This document shows positions 48,573 through 60,500 of a stretch of DNA of 64,000 nucleotides, in pieces. The stretch comes from an uncultured Spirochaetota bacterium. GTDB taxonomy: Bacteria; Spirochaetota; Spirochaetia; SZUA-6; Fen-1364. Where the stretch lies: positions 128,001 through 192,000 of the forward strand of contig CAVTHO010000010.1 of NCBI GenBank assembly GCA_963734545.1. The letters are read 5' to 3'. Positions within the stretch are counted from its first letter, which is position 1. Every line of letters begins with the position of its first letter. Both the position numbers and the translations under genes were made by a program. The notes under the pieces were generated by a model. It was given only the letters and a program-made list of their open reading frames with translations. It was not told where the DNA came from and did not search any database.

Positions 48573-48749
48573 ATGCCAGAGCGAATCGGCGACTATCTGA
48601 TCAGAACAGGCGCGATGAATCAGTCCCAGGTGGACGAGGTCGTGCGGCTGAAGACAGCCGGCGACCAGCGGCACTTCGGTGACATCGCTGTCTCGCTGGG
48701 CTTCATAAAGGCGGCAAACGTCGAGGCGTTCCTCGCAGCTCAGAAGTAG
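48573..48749 (+). CDS. Stand-alone MshEN-like (c-di-GMP-binding motif) small protein, 58 aa
   Basis: RIGDYLIRTGAM...V...V..K and HFGDIAVSLGFI...V...L..Q resemble the tandem RLGxxLxxxG motif; AAGGA RBS. Confidence 0.7.
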   Translation: MPERIGDYLIRTGAMNQSQVDEVVRLKTAGDQRHFGDIAVSLGFIKAANVEAFLAAQK

Positions 48750-48796
48750 GACACACTGATCGCCGCTTCGTTCGGTCTTTACCCTCGGCGGCATCC

Positions 48797-50698
48797 TTAC
48801 TCGGCGTCGCGGACGAACTCGAAGTCGTCTGCGTTGCCCCAGCTGCCCGCGTTGCCGTCCATTGAAAGCCCGATCTCGCAGATCCCGCCGCTCACGGGGA
48901 TGCCCTTGATCTCGTAGAGCACCCATTTCTGCCAGCCCGTATTGACTATGGTGGCCTGGAGCTCAGGACCTCCATAGCCGCGCGCGAAGAGGAGGTAATT
49001 CTTCTCCCCGCCGCCGCCCATCGCCCAGACCCGGAGGGAATACGTGCCGTCCTTGAGCCCTTCGAAACGCCGTGAGAGGGTGAACTGGAAGGGCTTGTCG
49101 AGCCAATACTTGAAGGAATAGTCGCCCGAGTGGGCGTTGCCGGGGTTCTTCTCGACGGGCGCCGCCGCTTTCACACCGGGCCCCGAGAGCTGCCATTCGG
49201 AGGGAAGGGTTCCAGACTCGAAGCTGGCGTCCTTGATGAGGTTGACATCGAGCACGACGTCGACAGTCGCGGTAACGGAATTCCCATAGCCGAGGAGCTT
49301 GCCTTTCACCTCGACCGTGCCTATGGACTTCAGGGCTTCGGGGTCGGGCTGGTCCCATCTGACCTGGACGCTTCGGATCGAATCGTCGGAGAACACGGCG
49401 AGGGTGTATTTCGGAAGCTCGAGCCTGGTGCCCGCGGCCAGTTTTGCCTTGACGTCCTCCACGGACACGAGGGAGAGATCGGGGACTTCCTGGTTTGAGG
49501 CAACGAGCTTGAACACCTTGAGCGAAGGCAAGGCCTTGCCCTGGAAGTCGAAGAGGGTCTGGTTCTCCCAGACTTCGCCGTCTCCCGTCCTCCAGCCCGC
49601 CCCGGCGACGGGTATCCAATCGGGCTCCCAGTAGAAGATGCCGATGCCCAGGGACTTCGGCGTCTCGGCCACCGCCGCGATGATATCCCGTATTGCGGTA
49701 GCCTGCCCCTGAACAGTCGCCCTGTAGCCTCCGAGCCTGTCGGAGCCGGGCCCGAAACTGTTGCCGAGGGAATCGCCGTTATCGAGGGTCCAAGCGTAAG
49801 CAGTCTCGGCAACGATCAACTGCTTCCCGTAGCGGGTCTCGAGGTCGGCCATGTTGGCGACAAGGTCCGCGATCTTGCCGTGCCAATAAGGATAGAAGGA
49901 GAGGCCGATGACGTCGAAGTCGACGCCGGCTTTCACGAGGGGATCGAAGAGCTTCCGGTAGAGGGCATTGTCCCCGCCGTTCGAGGCATGGATCATGACC
50001 CTGATCCGGCGATCGCTGCCGCGGACCGCGCGGATCGCCTCCTTGAGAAGGGCGACGAAGCCCTCCTCGCCGCCGATCGCCTCGTCGCCCGATTGCCAGA
50101 GCTTGCCGACAGGCCAGAGGAAGCCCCCGTCGACCTCGTTCCCTATCTGGACCATGTCGGGTGCAGCGCCGGCGGCGCGCATGGACTTGAGGGAGGAACT
50201 GGTAAAGTCGTAGACGGCCTTCTTGAGAGCATCGAGGCTCAGGCCCCTCCACGCGAAAGGCATCGTCTGTTTGGAGGGGTCTGCCCAGAAATCGCTGTAG
50301 TGGAAGTCGGCGCACACCTTGAGGCCGAGCTTTTTCGCCCGCTTCGCGATGCGGATGTAGGCCGCGACATCGTCGTTGCCGCCGCCGACCGGGTCGCCGG
50401 CCCTGGACAGGACTCGACCGCTGTCGATGACGTCCTCGCGATTCACCGGATCGTTCCAGATGCGCAGTCTTATCCAGTTGAGGCCGCCCGACTTGAGGAT
50501 CGCGAGGCAGTCGCCTGCCTTCCCCTTCTCGTCGGAGAAAGCGGCGCCCGAGGACTCGAGCTGGCCAAGCATGGAGACGTCGGCGCCCATGATGAAGTCC
50601 TTCTTGAGGTCGAAGACGGGCACGACGGACACGCCGTCGGCGCCGGCCCAGGCGCAGAAGACGACGAACGATATGAGAGCGAGGAGATTGCGTTTCAT
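48797..50698 (-). CDS. Arabinogalactan endo-beta-1,4-galactanase, GH53, with Ig-like and CBM-like C-terminal domains
   Basis: Signal peptide; GADVS, RLRIWNDP, DFHYSDFWADP, VQIGNE, SFYPYWHG, AETAY, FYWEP. Confidence 0.95.
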   Translation of the reverse strand: MKRNLLALISFVVFCAWAGADGVSVVPVFDLKKDFIMGADVSMLGQLESSGAAFSDEKGKAGDCLAILKSGGLNWIRLRIWNDPVNREDVIDSGRVLSRAGDPVGGGNDDVAAYIRIAKRAKKLGLKVCADFHYSDFWADPSKQTMPFAWRGLSLDALKKAVYDFTSSSLKSMRAAGAAPDMVQIGNEVDGGFLWPVGKLWQSGDEAIGGEEGFVALLKEAIRAVRGSDRRIRVMIHASNGGDNALYRKLFDPLVKAGVDFDVIGLSFYPYWHGKIADLVANMADLETRYGKQLIVAETAYAWTLDNGDSLGNSFGPGSDRLGGYRATVQGQATAIRDIIAAVAETPKSLGIGIFYWEPDWIPVAGAGWRTGDGEVWENQTLFDFQGKALPSLKVFKLVASNQEVPDLSLVSVEDVKAKLAAGTRLELPKYTLAVFSDDSIRSVQVRWDQPDPEALKSIGTVEVKGKLLGYGNSVTATVDVVLDVNLIKDASFESGTLPSEWQLSGPGVKAAAPVEKNPGNAHSGDYSFKYWLDKPFQFTLSRRFEGLKDGTYSLRVWAMGGGGEKNYLLFARGYGGPELQATIVNTGWQKWVLYEIKGIPVSGGICEIGLSMDGNAGSWGNADDFEFVRDAE

Positions 50699-50767
50699 GA
50701 CGATGCCTCCAGGCTCTATTAGAAACATTTTTCCGAGCCGAGTAAATGGCAGGGAGTTCATGCGCCC

Positions 50768-51586
50768 CTACGCCCGTCCGAGGAATCTCCTAAGGAAGAC
50801 GTCGAGCCACGACGCAGGCAGGAAGCTGACAAACGCCCTGAGGCGATTGTTCCCCACCCTCCAGCGTCGCCGCGGCCTGCGGCGTTCCAGGGCGTGGACG
50901 ATGACACGAGCGACCCGCGACGGGTCCATCCCCGTCTCCATTTCCCTGAGAAGCACCCGTTCGGCGCTGCGGAGCGCCCCGCGATAAACCGCGCGGGCCG
51001 AGTCGCTTTTCAGGCTTCGGGCCGCGCTTCCGAGGAGGGGTGTCCGTATGGCGCCGGGCTGAATGACCGTCACGCGGATCCCCAGGGGGAGGAGCTCGCG
51101 CCGAAGGGTTTCCGCGTACGCCTCGAGCGCGCGTTTGCTCATGACATACGGACCCGTGAAGGGCATCAAGGCTCGTGTCGATTCCGAGGAGACGAACGCG
51201 AGCGTGCTCCCGTGCCGCAGGAGCGGCATGAGCTCCCTCACAACCTGCGCCGCGCCCAAGACGTTCACGTCGAGCGCGCGGCGGAGCTCTTCATCGGCAA
51301 CGTCGAGGAGCGGTCCCCCCACGTAGATCCCGGCGGCACAGACGATCCCGTCGAGACCGGCCGCGGACCGTTGCATCGCTCGCCGTGCCCTTTTGATGGA
51401 CGCGACATCCGTGACGTCCATCAGGAGCGGCCGAACCGGCATCGACCGAGACCAGCGCTTCAGCACGGTGCGTCGGGAATCAGCCGCGAACACGACGGCG
51501 CCGCGAGAGGCGAGCATGTCGGTCACGGCCGCGCCCAACCCGCCGCAGGCGCCGGTCACGAGATAAGCGCGAGCGTGTTCTTTCAA
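50768..51586 (-). CDS. Short-chain dehydrogenase/reductase (SDR)
   Basis: TGACGGLG, VSS, YVMSK, PGAIRT; TTG start overlapping the upstream stop (alternative 51595). Confidence 0.9.
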   Translation of the reverse strand: MKEHARAYLVTGACGGLGAAVTDMLASRGAVVFAADSRRTVLKRWSRSMPVRPLLMDVTDVASIKRARRAMQRSAAGLDGIVCAAGIYVGGPLLDVADEELRRALDVNVLGAAQVVRELMPLLRHGSTLAFVSSESTRALMPFTGPYVMSKRALEAYAETLRRELLPLGIRVTVIQPGAIRTPLLGSAARSLKSDSARAVYRGALRSAERVLLREMETGMDPSRVARVIVHALERRRPRRRWRVGNNRLRAFVSFLPASWLDVFLRRFLGRA

Positions 51587-54500
51587 CCCTTCCAACAGAA
51601 AGAGGAGCGGCCGGGACGGACGATCAGCTTTTCTGCGTAGATGGTGCCTTGCATGGTTATTTGGTCATAGGCAAAGAGGCTCACGCGTTCTGCGGGCTTT
51701 CCCAGGATCCCGGTCAGAAGAGACCCTGGCAAGAGCGTGAGGTCGTCAAGGGCAGAGAGCCGGATCTCGTCCCCCACCTCAACCGAGCCGCTTATTACAT
51801 TATCACCCCAGGCGAAAACGATCACGTCATCCCCTGCCCTGATTTTCCCTGACATCTCAAGATCTGAACAGCCCGTCATCATGACATCATAGGCGCCGTT
51901 TACTTCCCCTCCAATGCTCAGCAATCCCTTCGCATACAAGTCGACGTCTCCGCCGGCATTCAGAGTTGCCCTGGCTGTCACTGTCAGGGAGCCCCTGGCG
52001 TGGAGAGTGATGGCGTCAACCGCCGTCACCCCGGCGTCGATCAGGATACCGTCGTCGGCGCACGCCTCCACGTCATCCACCGAGGTGACGTCGCCCTGAA
52101 TGAAAAGGCCAGCACCCGAGTGAATGAGCAGATCGGGCATTTCATGGCAATCATGGCACCAGTGACGGGAGCTGCATGGCGTGTACCCCGCGCCTGCTGC
52201 AACCGCGCCCCGAAGCTCGATGTCACCGGAACATGTGCCCAGAACCACGTTCATGCCTGCCGTAAGGGTGGCCAGGTCATTGGTGGTCTTCAAAGAACCC
52301 CTGGCATGAAGTTCGAGATCGCCCCCTGCAACGAGCGGGGCGCTGATCAGCAGGTCCTTGCCTGCGGAAACATCGAGCAGACCATCGGCCCGGACGGCGG
52401 CCTCGATGGCCGCAGTACCGTCATCTGTTCTCACCTGGATGTCGTCCGCTGCTGCCACTACCCCGGAGATTTGGATGCCCTCATCTGCCCACAGATCGAT
52501 GTCACCCCCCGCGCTCGTGCTTCCCAGGAGCTGAATTCCATCTCCTGCGCGGATGCGCAGATCGTCACCGGCGATGATCTGCCCGGTCTCACCGCTGAAC
52601 AGTTGTCCCGCCAGGCGTACCGATCCGTCTGCGTCGAGCTCAATGTCGCCGCTGCATGGCGCTGATGAGAGGTACTCCACCGAGATGTCCTGGTATTTCG
52701 ATCTCAGGTAGATATCGTTGCCCTGGGAACCGAGATAGACCACCGTGATTGTCCCGGTGGCGAAGACATGGACCTTGTTCTCCAGGGTGAAGAACAGCTC
52801 CACATCGCCCTCGAGCCAGCACACGTTCAACTTCTCGCCGCGCTCGAACTCATAGAGGGCATACTTCTGACCGCACGCGTGAATCGCTTTGAAGCTCCTG
52901 TCAAGTCCTTTGTCGATTCTTCCCTGCGCGTACAGGATTCCAAGCGCGCCGCTCAGGTCTACGCCTGAATCATGGTTCACCGCCTCGAGAATGCTTCCCG
53001 CTGAGCTCACCGATATCTGGCCATATTGGGCTCCCGCTCCCACATAGTCCACCACGATATCCCCGCCCAGCGTCATCAGGCCGATGTTATTTCCTTTTGC
53101 GTCAGTCAACGATTCGACCCATACCACCGTCATGCTGCCGCCGGCAATCACGCGAACAGGTCCGTTGGCGTTTTTCAGATTTCTGAGGACAATGGCGTCA
53201 GCTTCCCTGATCTCCAGAGTCCCCTGGCCCGCCAGATTTGCGTCAAGGGTATTCACGCGGGTGCGCAGGAAGATGGACGAGTTCGAGACGAGCGTAAGGA
53301 GATCCGTTGCAACAGGCTCTTCTCCTTGCATGTAGATCCGGCCGCCGGCCTGCAGAGAGATCGACCCCCCAGCAGTCCCTGTGCTCACCATGCCGGTGAT
53401 CAGTATCTCCCCGCCGGCCACCATGTCGATCTCACCGTCCGGTGCGGTCACGGACGCCAGCGCGATATCATTCATCTCGCTGATGTGAATGCTGGTTCCG
53501 CCTTCGGCCGCCAGGGTGCCAAGCTCCACCTCGAGATACTGATTCTCCTCCGAACCGCCTCCGATGGAGGCGCCCGCAGAGAGATATGCCTGGTCTGCAA
53601 TCAGGTCAACCTCATCATCACCGGGCTGCGCCTCAAGGATCGATCCCCCGGCCGTCAGGCTCACCACGCCAACCTGCGCGCCGGCGTCAACGAAACCGAT
53701 CAGGATGTCCCGGCCGGCGCGGATAGTGATGCGTCCCTGCCCCGATTCCAGATATGTCGCGGTGATCGTTCCGGTGGCGTTCACATCGATGACACCCGTC
53801 ACCATGACGATCAACTCGATATCTCCCTGGTGATGCAGGATCAGATTCGCCCCGCGGAATTCGAGGGTTCCGAGATCCAGCTCGAGCTCCAGGTTCGGGT
53901 CAACAGAGCTGCCGAACTCTCCCGCCACCTCTATGGAGGCAGCGCGCGCCGCCAGGTCCACGTCCGGATCGAAGGCATCCACCTCGCGAATGTTCCCCGC
54001 AGACGTGAGATAGATCCTGCCGCTGCTGCGTCCCGCCCGGACAAGGTCAATCAGGATGTCACCGCTTGTCGTTGTCAGGTGTATGTCGTTGCCGTCGGCA
54101 TCCAGCACTGAATCGATGTTGACCGCGGTGATGGTGCCACCCGCCGCAATCGAGATGGCTCCGTCAGAGGCCTGGAGGCCTGCCAACACGATGGCGTCGG
54201 TCTCAGTGACCGAAAGAGCACCAGCCGAAGTGGTTGTTGCGACCAGGCTCGCGACGGTCGTCGACAGCGTAATATCGCCCGCCGACACGGCTGCCAGCTC
54301 GTCTGCTGTTACGATGGCCATCAGGTATCCATCAGAAGACAGGATGACGTCGCCCAACGTCCCGGCATGGATTTCCGCCGCCACGATATCGCCGCCTGTC
54401 GACGTCAAGGCAATATCGTTGGAATCTGCGTCGGTCATGGATACGCACATGGCGGCGTTGATCGTTCCACCCGCTGTCACTGCGATCGATCCGTCAAACG

Positions 54501-57500
54501 TCAGGACGCATCCAAGGAGAATGTCATTTGTTTCACGAATGACGACGTTCCCAGCCGCGGCAACTTTGGCCTCCAAACGCGCTACCGTGGTGTCCAATGT
54601 GACGTCGCCCCCCGCAAGGACGACCAGCGCATCAGAGGTCACCGCGGCCATCACAGCTCCACCAGCGGCCAGGGTGACATCTCCAGGATTGCCGGCAAGA
54701 ATGCTCGCTGCCGCAATATCCCCGCGGGCAGTCACCGTGATCGAACCATCCGCCGTGGTCACGTTCGACAGGATGATCGAATCGGTTTCATCGATAATGA
54801 TGTCCCCCACGCCGCTGGTCGCGGCCGTAAGAGTATTGACTGTGGTCATCAGCGTGATCGGACCGGCCGCGCTGACAACCAGCTCGTCCGCAACGACGGC
54901 TGCAGCAACAGCACCACCGGCGGTAATCTCGACTGAGCCGTTGAAGGCCACAGCCTCCATCACAATCGCATCACTCTCGCTGACCACGATGTCCCCGGCC
55001 GGGGCATGGGCAACCAGCACATCCACATCGGTGATGAGGGTCATTCCCAAATAGGCCCCCACCTGCAGCCTCTGCGCCGAGATCACGGAGCCCGGCAGCG
55101 AACCAACCGTGCTGCCCTGCAGGGAAACTTCCCGCGCCGATACCGTCCCCACCACAGTGAGGTTTCCCGCACTGACTGACAACCTGCCGTCTGCCACCAG
55201 GATGCCAGCCAACGTCAGATCATCGGATTCGCCGACCGCGACATCCCCGCTTCCCTCAGTGCTGAGCATCAAGGAGGCGACATCCGTGATCAGCGTGATC
55301 GCGTCTGTCTCGACAACGGTAAGCTCTCCATGGTTGGTCGCAGTAAGGGTATCCACACTGGTATCCAGAACCATCGAGCCACCGGCTGTCGCAATCAGCT
55401 CATGCGCCGCTATCTTGCCGACGCCATCGGTAATCGCGCCCGCGGAGGTAATGGTGATCCGGTCCTCCGCTGCCTCCACGCTGCCGACCTCAATATCTCC
55501 TGACCCGATGGTCGTGAGGCTGATGTTCTGCCCGATTCCCCCCGCGGTCACCGTCCCGACCCTCAGCGCTGCCCCGCTCACATCGATCAAGATGTCCCCG
55601 TCCGCGGTCTGCGCAAGCGCAACTGCCAGGGGCCCGCCACCAGCCTGGCTGAACAGGATGTCCCCCGCTCCCGTCGTCAAGGAGGTCACGCTCACCGGCG
55701 AAGTCAACGTATTGTCCAGATCGATCACGCCGTCGGTCGTATCCGCAGCGATCAGCGAAGCTGCCGTCTCGATGGCCCCTTCCGTCCCGATCCCCCATCC
55801 CGCGTCAATATCCAGGGCGTACGCAGTGATGTCCATGTCAGGATCCGACCCGTACTCCTCTACTGAACCCGCTGCCATCAGTGTCACGCTGCCAGAGCCA
55901 CCGGCGACGATTCTCCCCACCGTAATGTCTCCGGCACCCGCGGTCACGCTGATCGAACCATTCGCCGTGGTCACGTTCGACAGGATGATCGAATCGGTCT
56001 CGGTTATCGGTTATGATCGCGTCTGTCTCGACAACGGTAAGCTCTCCATGGTTGGTCGCAGTAAGGGTATCCACACTGGTATCCAGAACCATCGAGCCAC
56101 CGGCTGTCGCAATCAGCTCATGCGCCGCTATCTTGCCGACGCCATCGGTAATCGCGCCCGCGGAGGTAATGGTGATCCGGTCCTCCGCTGCCTCCACGCT
56201 GCCGACCTCAATATCTCCTGACCCGATGGTCGTGAGGCTGATGTTCTGCCCGATTCCCCCCGCGGTCACCGTCCCGACCCTCAGCGCTGCCCCGCTCACA
56301 TCGATCAAGATGTCCCCGTCCGCGGTCTGCGCAAGCGCAACTGCCAGGGGCCCGCCACCAGCCTGGCTGAACAGGATGTCCCCCGCTCCCGTCGTCAAGG
56401 AGGTCACGCTCACCGGCGAAGTCAACGTATTGTCCAGATCAATCACGCCGTCGGTCGTATCCGCAGCGATCAGCGAAGCTGCCGTCTCGATGGCCCCTTC
56501 CGTCCCGATCCCCCATCCCGCGTCAATATCCAGGGCGTACGCAGTGATGTCCATGTCAGGATCCGACCCGTACTCCTCCACTGAACCCGCTGCCATCAGT
56601 GTCACGCTGCCAGAGCCACCGGCGACGATTCTCCCCACCGTAATGTCTCCGGCACCCGCGGTCACGCTGATCGAACCATTCGCCGTGGTCACGTTCGACA
56701 GGATGATCGAATCGGTCTCGGTTATGGTTATGTCTCCCACGCCGCTGGTCGCGGCCGTAAGAGTATTGACTGTGGTCATCAGCGTGATCGGACCGGCCGC
56801 GCTGATGACTACCTCGTCCGCGACGATAGTGGTTCCGCTGCCGGTTCCACTGTAGTGCAGGTTTGATATGCCATAGTAGTCAGCCAGAGTATCCGATCCG
56901 AAGTTTTCTTCAAACCTGTAGATATCGTTATGGTAAAGACCTAGTAACAGGTCATTTCCGCTTCCACCTGTAATCGTATCTATTCCGGGAGAGCCCAGGA
57001 GTTGATCATCTCCAGGACCGCCATCGAGAGTATTGGTTTCAGAGATCAGTGTATTTGGAGAAGCTCTCCCATAGCTTTCATCGAGCAGATCGTTTCCTGA
57101 CTCACCATAGAGATGATCGTTGCCCGTTCCACCGAGCAATTTGTCATCACCATTCCCGCCGTAGAGATAATCATTTCCTTCATTCGCGAAGATGGTATCG
57201 TTGCCATCTCCGCCTTGTATGGAATCATTCCCCTTTCCAGTTACGATGACGTCATTGCCGCCGTAACCATACACCTCCATGTTAATGGCGACGCTGTTCC
57301 CATCCGCAACAATTGTTTCTGCGGCATTCGTCCCATAGATAATGATCCTCGAGATCGTGCCTGCCGCAAAATACCGCATGTTTGAAATAGCGACATCTCT
57401 ATAGAGATACTCTATGCTCTGGATAGACCAGTCACTCCATCCCAGAGGAATAAAGCCCCATTTCCACCTGAAGTACCTCGTGTAATTCACCTTTTCAGCG

Positions 57501-60500
57501 ACGAGAACGCTGCGAGTAACATCCGGCGCATCTACAATCAGATTTCCATCAACAACGGCTATCCGCAGTCTAGAAGCGCTCGAATTGTTGATTGTCAGTG
57601 TTCTCTGATTTGCCGGACCTGATAGACTTGCCGAATATGAATAGTAATCGAACGGGTTGATGAGGCTCGTCAAATCATAGACTTCCGTTTTGCTGGACTC
57701 GAACCAGCTTGATATCTCATCTACGAGATCTCCTATCAGATTGCCGATATCAGTAAACAAGCCATCAAAGAAATCCACGACATCTGATCCAAAATCAAGT
57801 ATCGCTTCTCCCAAATCCACGAAAGCGTCAGCTACCGCTTCTGCAGCTACGACCAGCGCCTCACCCGCAGCCTCCGCGGCAGCCCCGATTGCATCGAAAA
57901 TGGCATCAAAGACACCCAGTCCTCCGTCAATGTCCCAAGAGTTTCCATTTCCGGTTACTTCGAGCCATACTCCCAGAGGCCCTTCAGCTCTGATCCTGAA
58001 CGTACCAGCCTGCCAGTCCACACTGAGCGCGGCTGAAGCGATATTGATATCTTCTCCCAGGATAACAAGCGCTACTGAACCATGACCGGATACTCCGGTG
58101 TTTTTGATTGCGACACCAAGACTGCCTCTGATTCCGAACTCAGTGATCCCACTGCCAATTGTCAGATCAAGAGCCAGCTCTCCTGCCAGGCTGAAGGAAC
58201 CATTGCTGTAGATGTACCCTGAAATGCCAATGTCAACGATGCCGAAAAAGTCTATTGAGATGTTGTTGAACGCAATTCCCAGAATACCGCCCTGAGCGCC
58301 CAGTACCAGGTCTCCTGATGTGTGAAAGAGCCCGAAGAGATCTATGGTGGCGCCTATTGCGACAAGGTATGTGTGGGGCTCAATCGTCCTGCTGCCGATC
58401 GTGACCTGTTCACTGCCCGTGTTTATTTTCAGAGTGAAATTGCCGCTGATATTTATTCCCGGTATGCCGTCAAAGACATGCACGCCAAGATCGGCGTACA
58501 TGGCGAAGACGCCGTCCTTGATGACCGCGCCGCCTGTCACATCGAGTTTTCCGAAGATGCTCAGATCCACTTTGCCTGCCAGCGCGAGATACAGTCCTTC
58601 ACCGCTGATCTTGAGCTGGAAGTCAGCGGTGATCACGAATACGCTGGCAATGGTCAGATCGCCGTGCAGAGAAACAAGGAAATAGGCTCCCGGTGATTCA
58701 AAGGTCCCATCCAGCCGGGGTGCACTGCCGCGGATCGTGAAAGCCGCCGAACCATCAGGGTTCACGACAAACCGTGCATCCAGCGTCCCTGTCAGCCCGC
58801 TGAGCGCGGTGGTGTTCGCGATACCCAGCCTGTTGAGCTCTGATTCTATGAACGAGCCCGACAGATCGACCGTCCCTTTCAGGAATGCGACATAACGCTG
58901 CGGTATGGTGATTGTCTGATCGACACCGGTGGTGTTGAACACAATCCGCGCCCTGGCATTGAAAGCCAGGACGCTGCTCAGCGCACCACCGACGGAGACC
59001 GAAACATCTATGTCAGCCGCGATGCCGCTGGCGTTGATCACCAACCCGCCCAGGGCATTCATGTCAAACAGCTTGGCCCCGCCGGAAGCCCCGATATCAG
59101 GCCCGAACTCAAGCCCTGCTGCAACAAACGCTTTGAGTCCGGCACTGTCGACCTCAAGCAGCAGCAGGCCGTTGAGTCTTACAACTGCATTCGAAGACGG
59201 ATCTGATTTCGGGCCATCGTATATTGTGACCTGGCCGCCGAGCTGGAAGCTGATCAGGAACTGGTCGAACACCAGGACCGCCGGTGAAGTCGGGTCTCCG
59301 GTATTGACCTTGAAGCCCACATCCAGCGTGCCGCTGCGGTCCGCGTCAGCGGCCTCGGCGAGGGTGTCATTCGACAAGAACGCCTTGACTTCGTCGACCT
59401 GGAGCAGACCGTCCTCGTTCGTATCCAGTGCGCTCGCGACATTCGCCCAGCTGACTTGCACCGCGTCTGCGTCCGTGCTCGTGTAGAGGTCGGCATAAGC
59501 GCCGCCGGGTCCCTGTCCGGCCAGCATGCGCAGCTCTCCGACCGTGATGGTTCCGTCGTCATTGGTGTCAAACAGGTCCAGGACCTCGTTGAAGCTGGCA
59601 GGGAAGTCCACCACGGAGACGCCACTGGCCGTGCCGATGCCCACGTTGATCGCGATATCGAAGCGGCCAGTCGCCTCGAGCATGTCGATGCCGACCACGC
59701 CAAAGCTGTCGACACTGGCCTTTGCGGCCAGGTACACGCCGACATCAGAAAGACTCACGGACGCCATGACCATGAGGCCCACATCCAGGTCCGTGATATG
59801 GAAACCGACGGCGCTCGAGCTCAGCTCATTGGTGTCGACCGAATGGTCGCCGTCCGTATCGGTCCAATAGGGGCCGTTCGCGCCGATGAATGCCGTCACA
59901 TTGGCGGCGCCGATCGTCATGGTCGTGACGGTTTTCGTGCTGCCGTCGGTGAGCGTCACCTGCTGCGTCGGACCCAGCTCGAAGGCAATGCTTCCGGTGA
60001 GATAAAGCGCGTCGAAGATCTTGAGCTCGACGAATCCCTGGGCGCGGATGAGGGAGGTGCCCATGGCCAGGTACACCGGCTCACCGCCGGTCTGCACCTC
60101 CAGGCCCAGCGGATCTATCTTGCCGTCTCCGTCAGCGTCCGCGGCAGCGGCTGCGGACGCGCCCATCAGCGCGGCCGCCTCGCCCACCTCCAGAGTCCCG
60201 CTGGCATCCGTGTCCAGCGCCTGGGCGATCAGCTCCGTGTCCAGCACCTTGTCGGCCGAATCCCCGGCTCCGTACAACCCGGAGAAGGCGTTCTGGCCGC
60301 TGGCGGCGCGAAGCTCACCGACCGTGACCAGCCCGTCGTCGTTCGTATCGAACAGCGGCAGCCGTTCGTCCGCGAACGCGGGCGTCGTTGCAAAATCCAC
60401 CACGGGGAACAGCGACACACCGTAGATCGTGGGCGAAGACTGGTTGACTTCCACGAGGATCTGCTCCGCCTGGACGGTGACGCCGTCGATCCCCGCGAGA

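Noticed and set aside
55296-56731. Duplicated segment as a DGR template/variable repeat or an insertion sequence
   Set aside because: Differences are few, synonymous and not consistently at adenines; no reverse transcriptase, transposase or terminal inverted repeats
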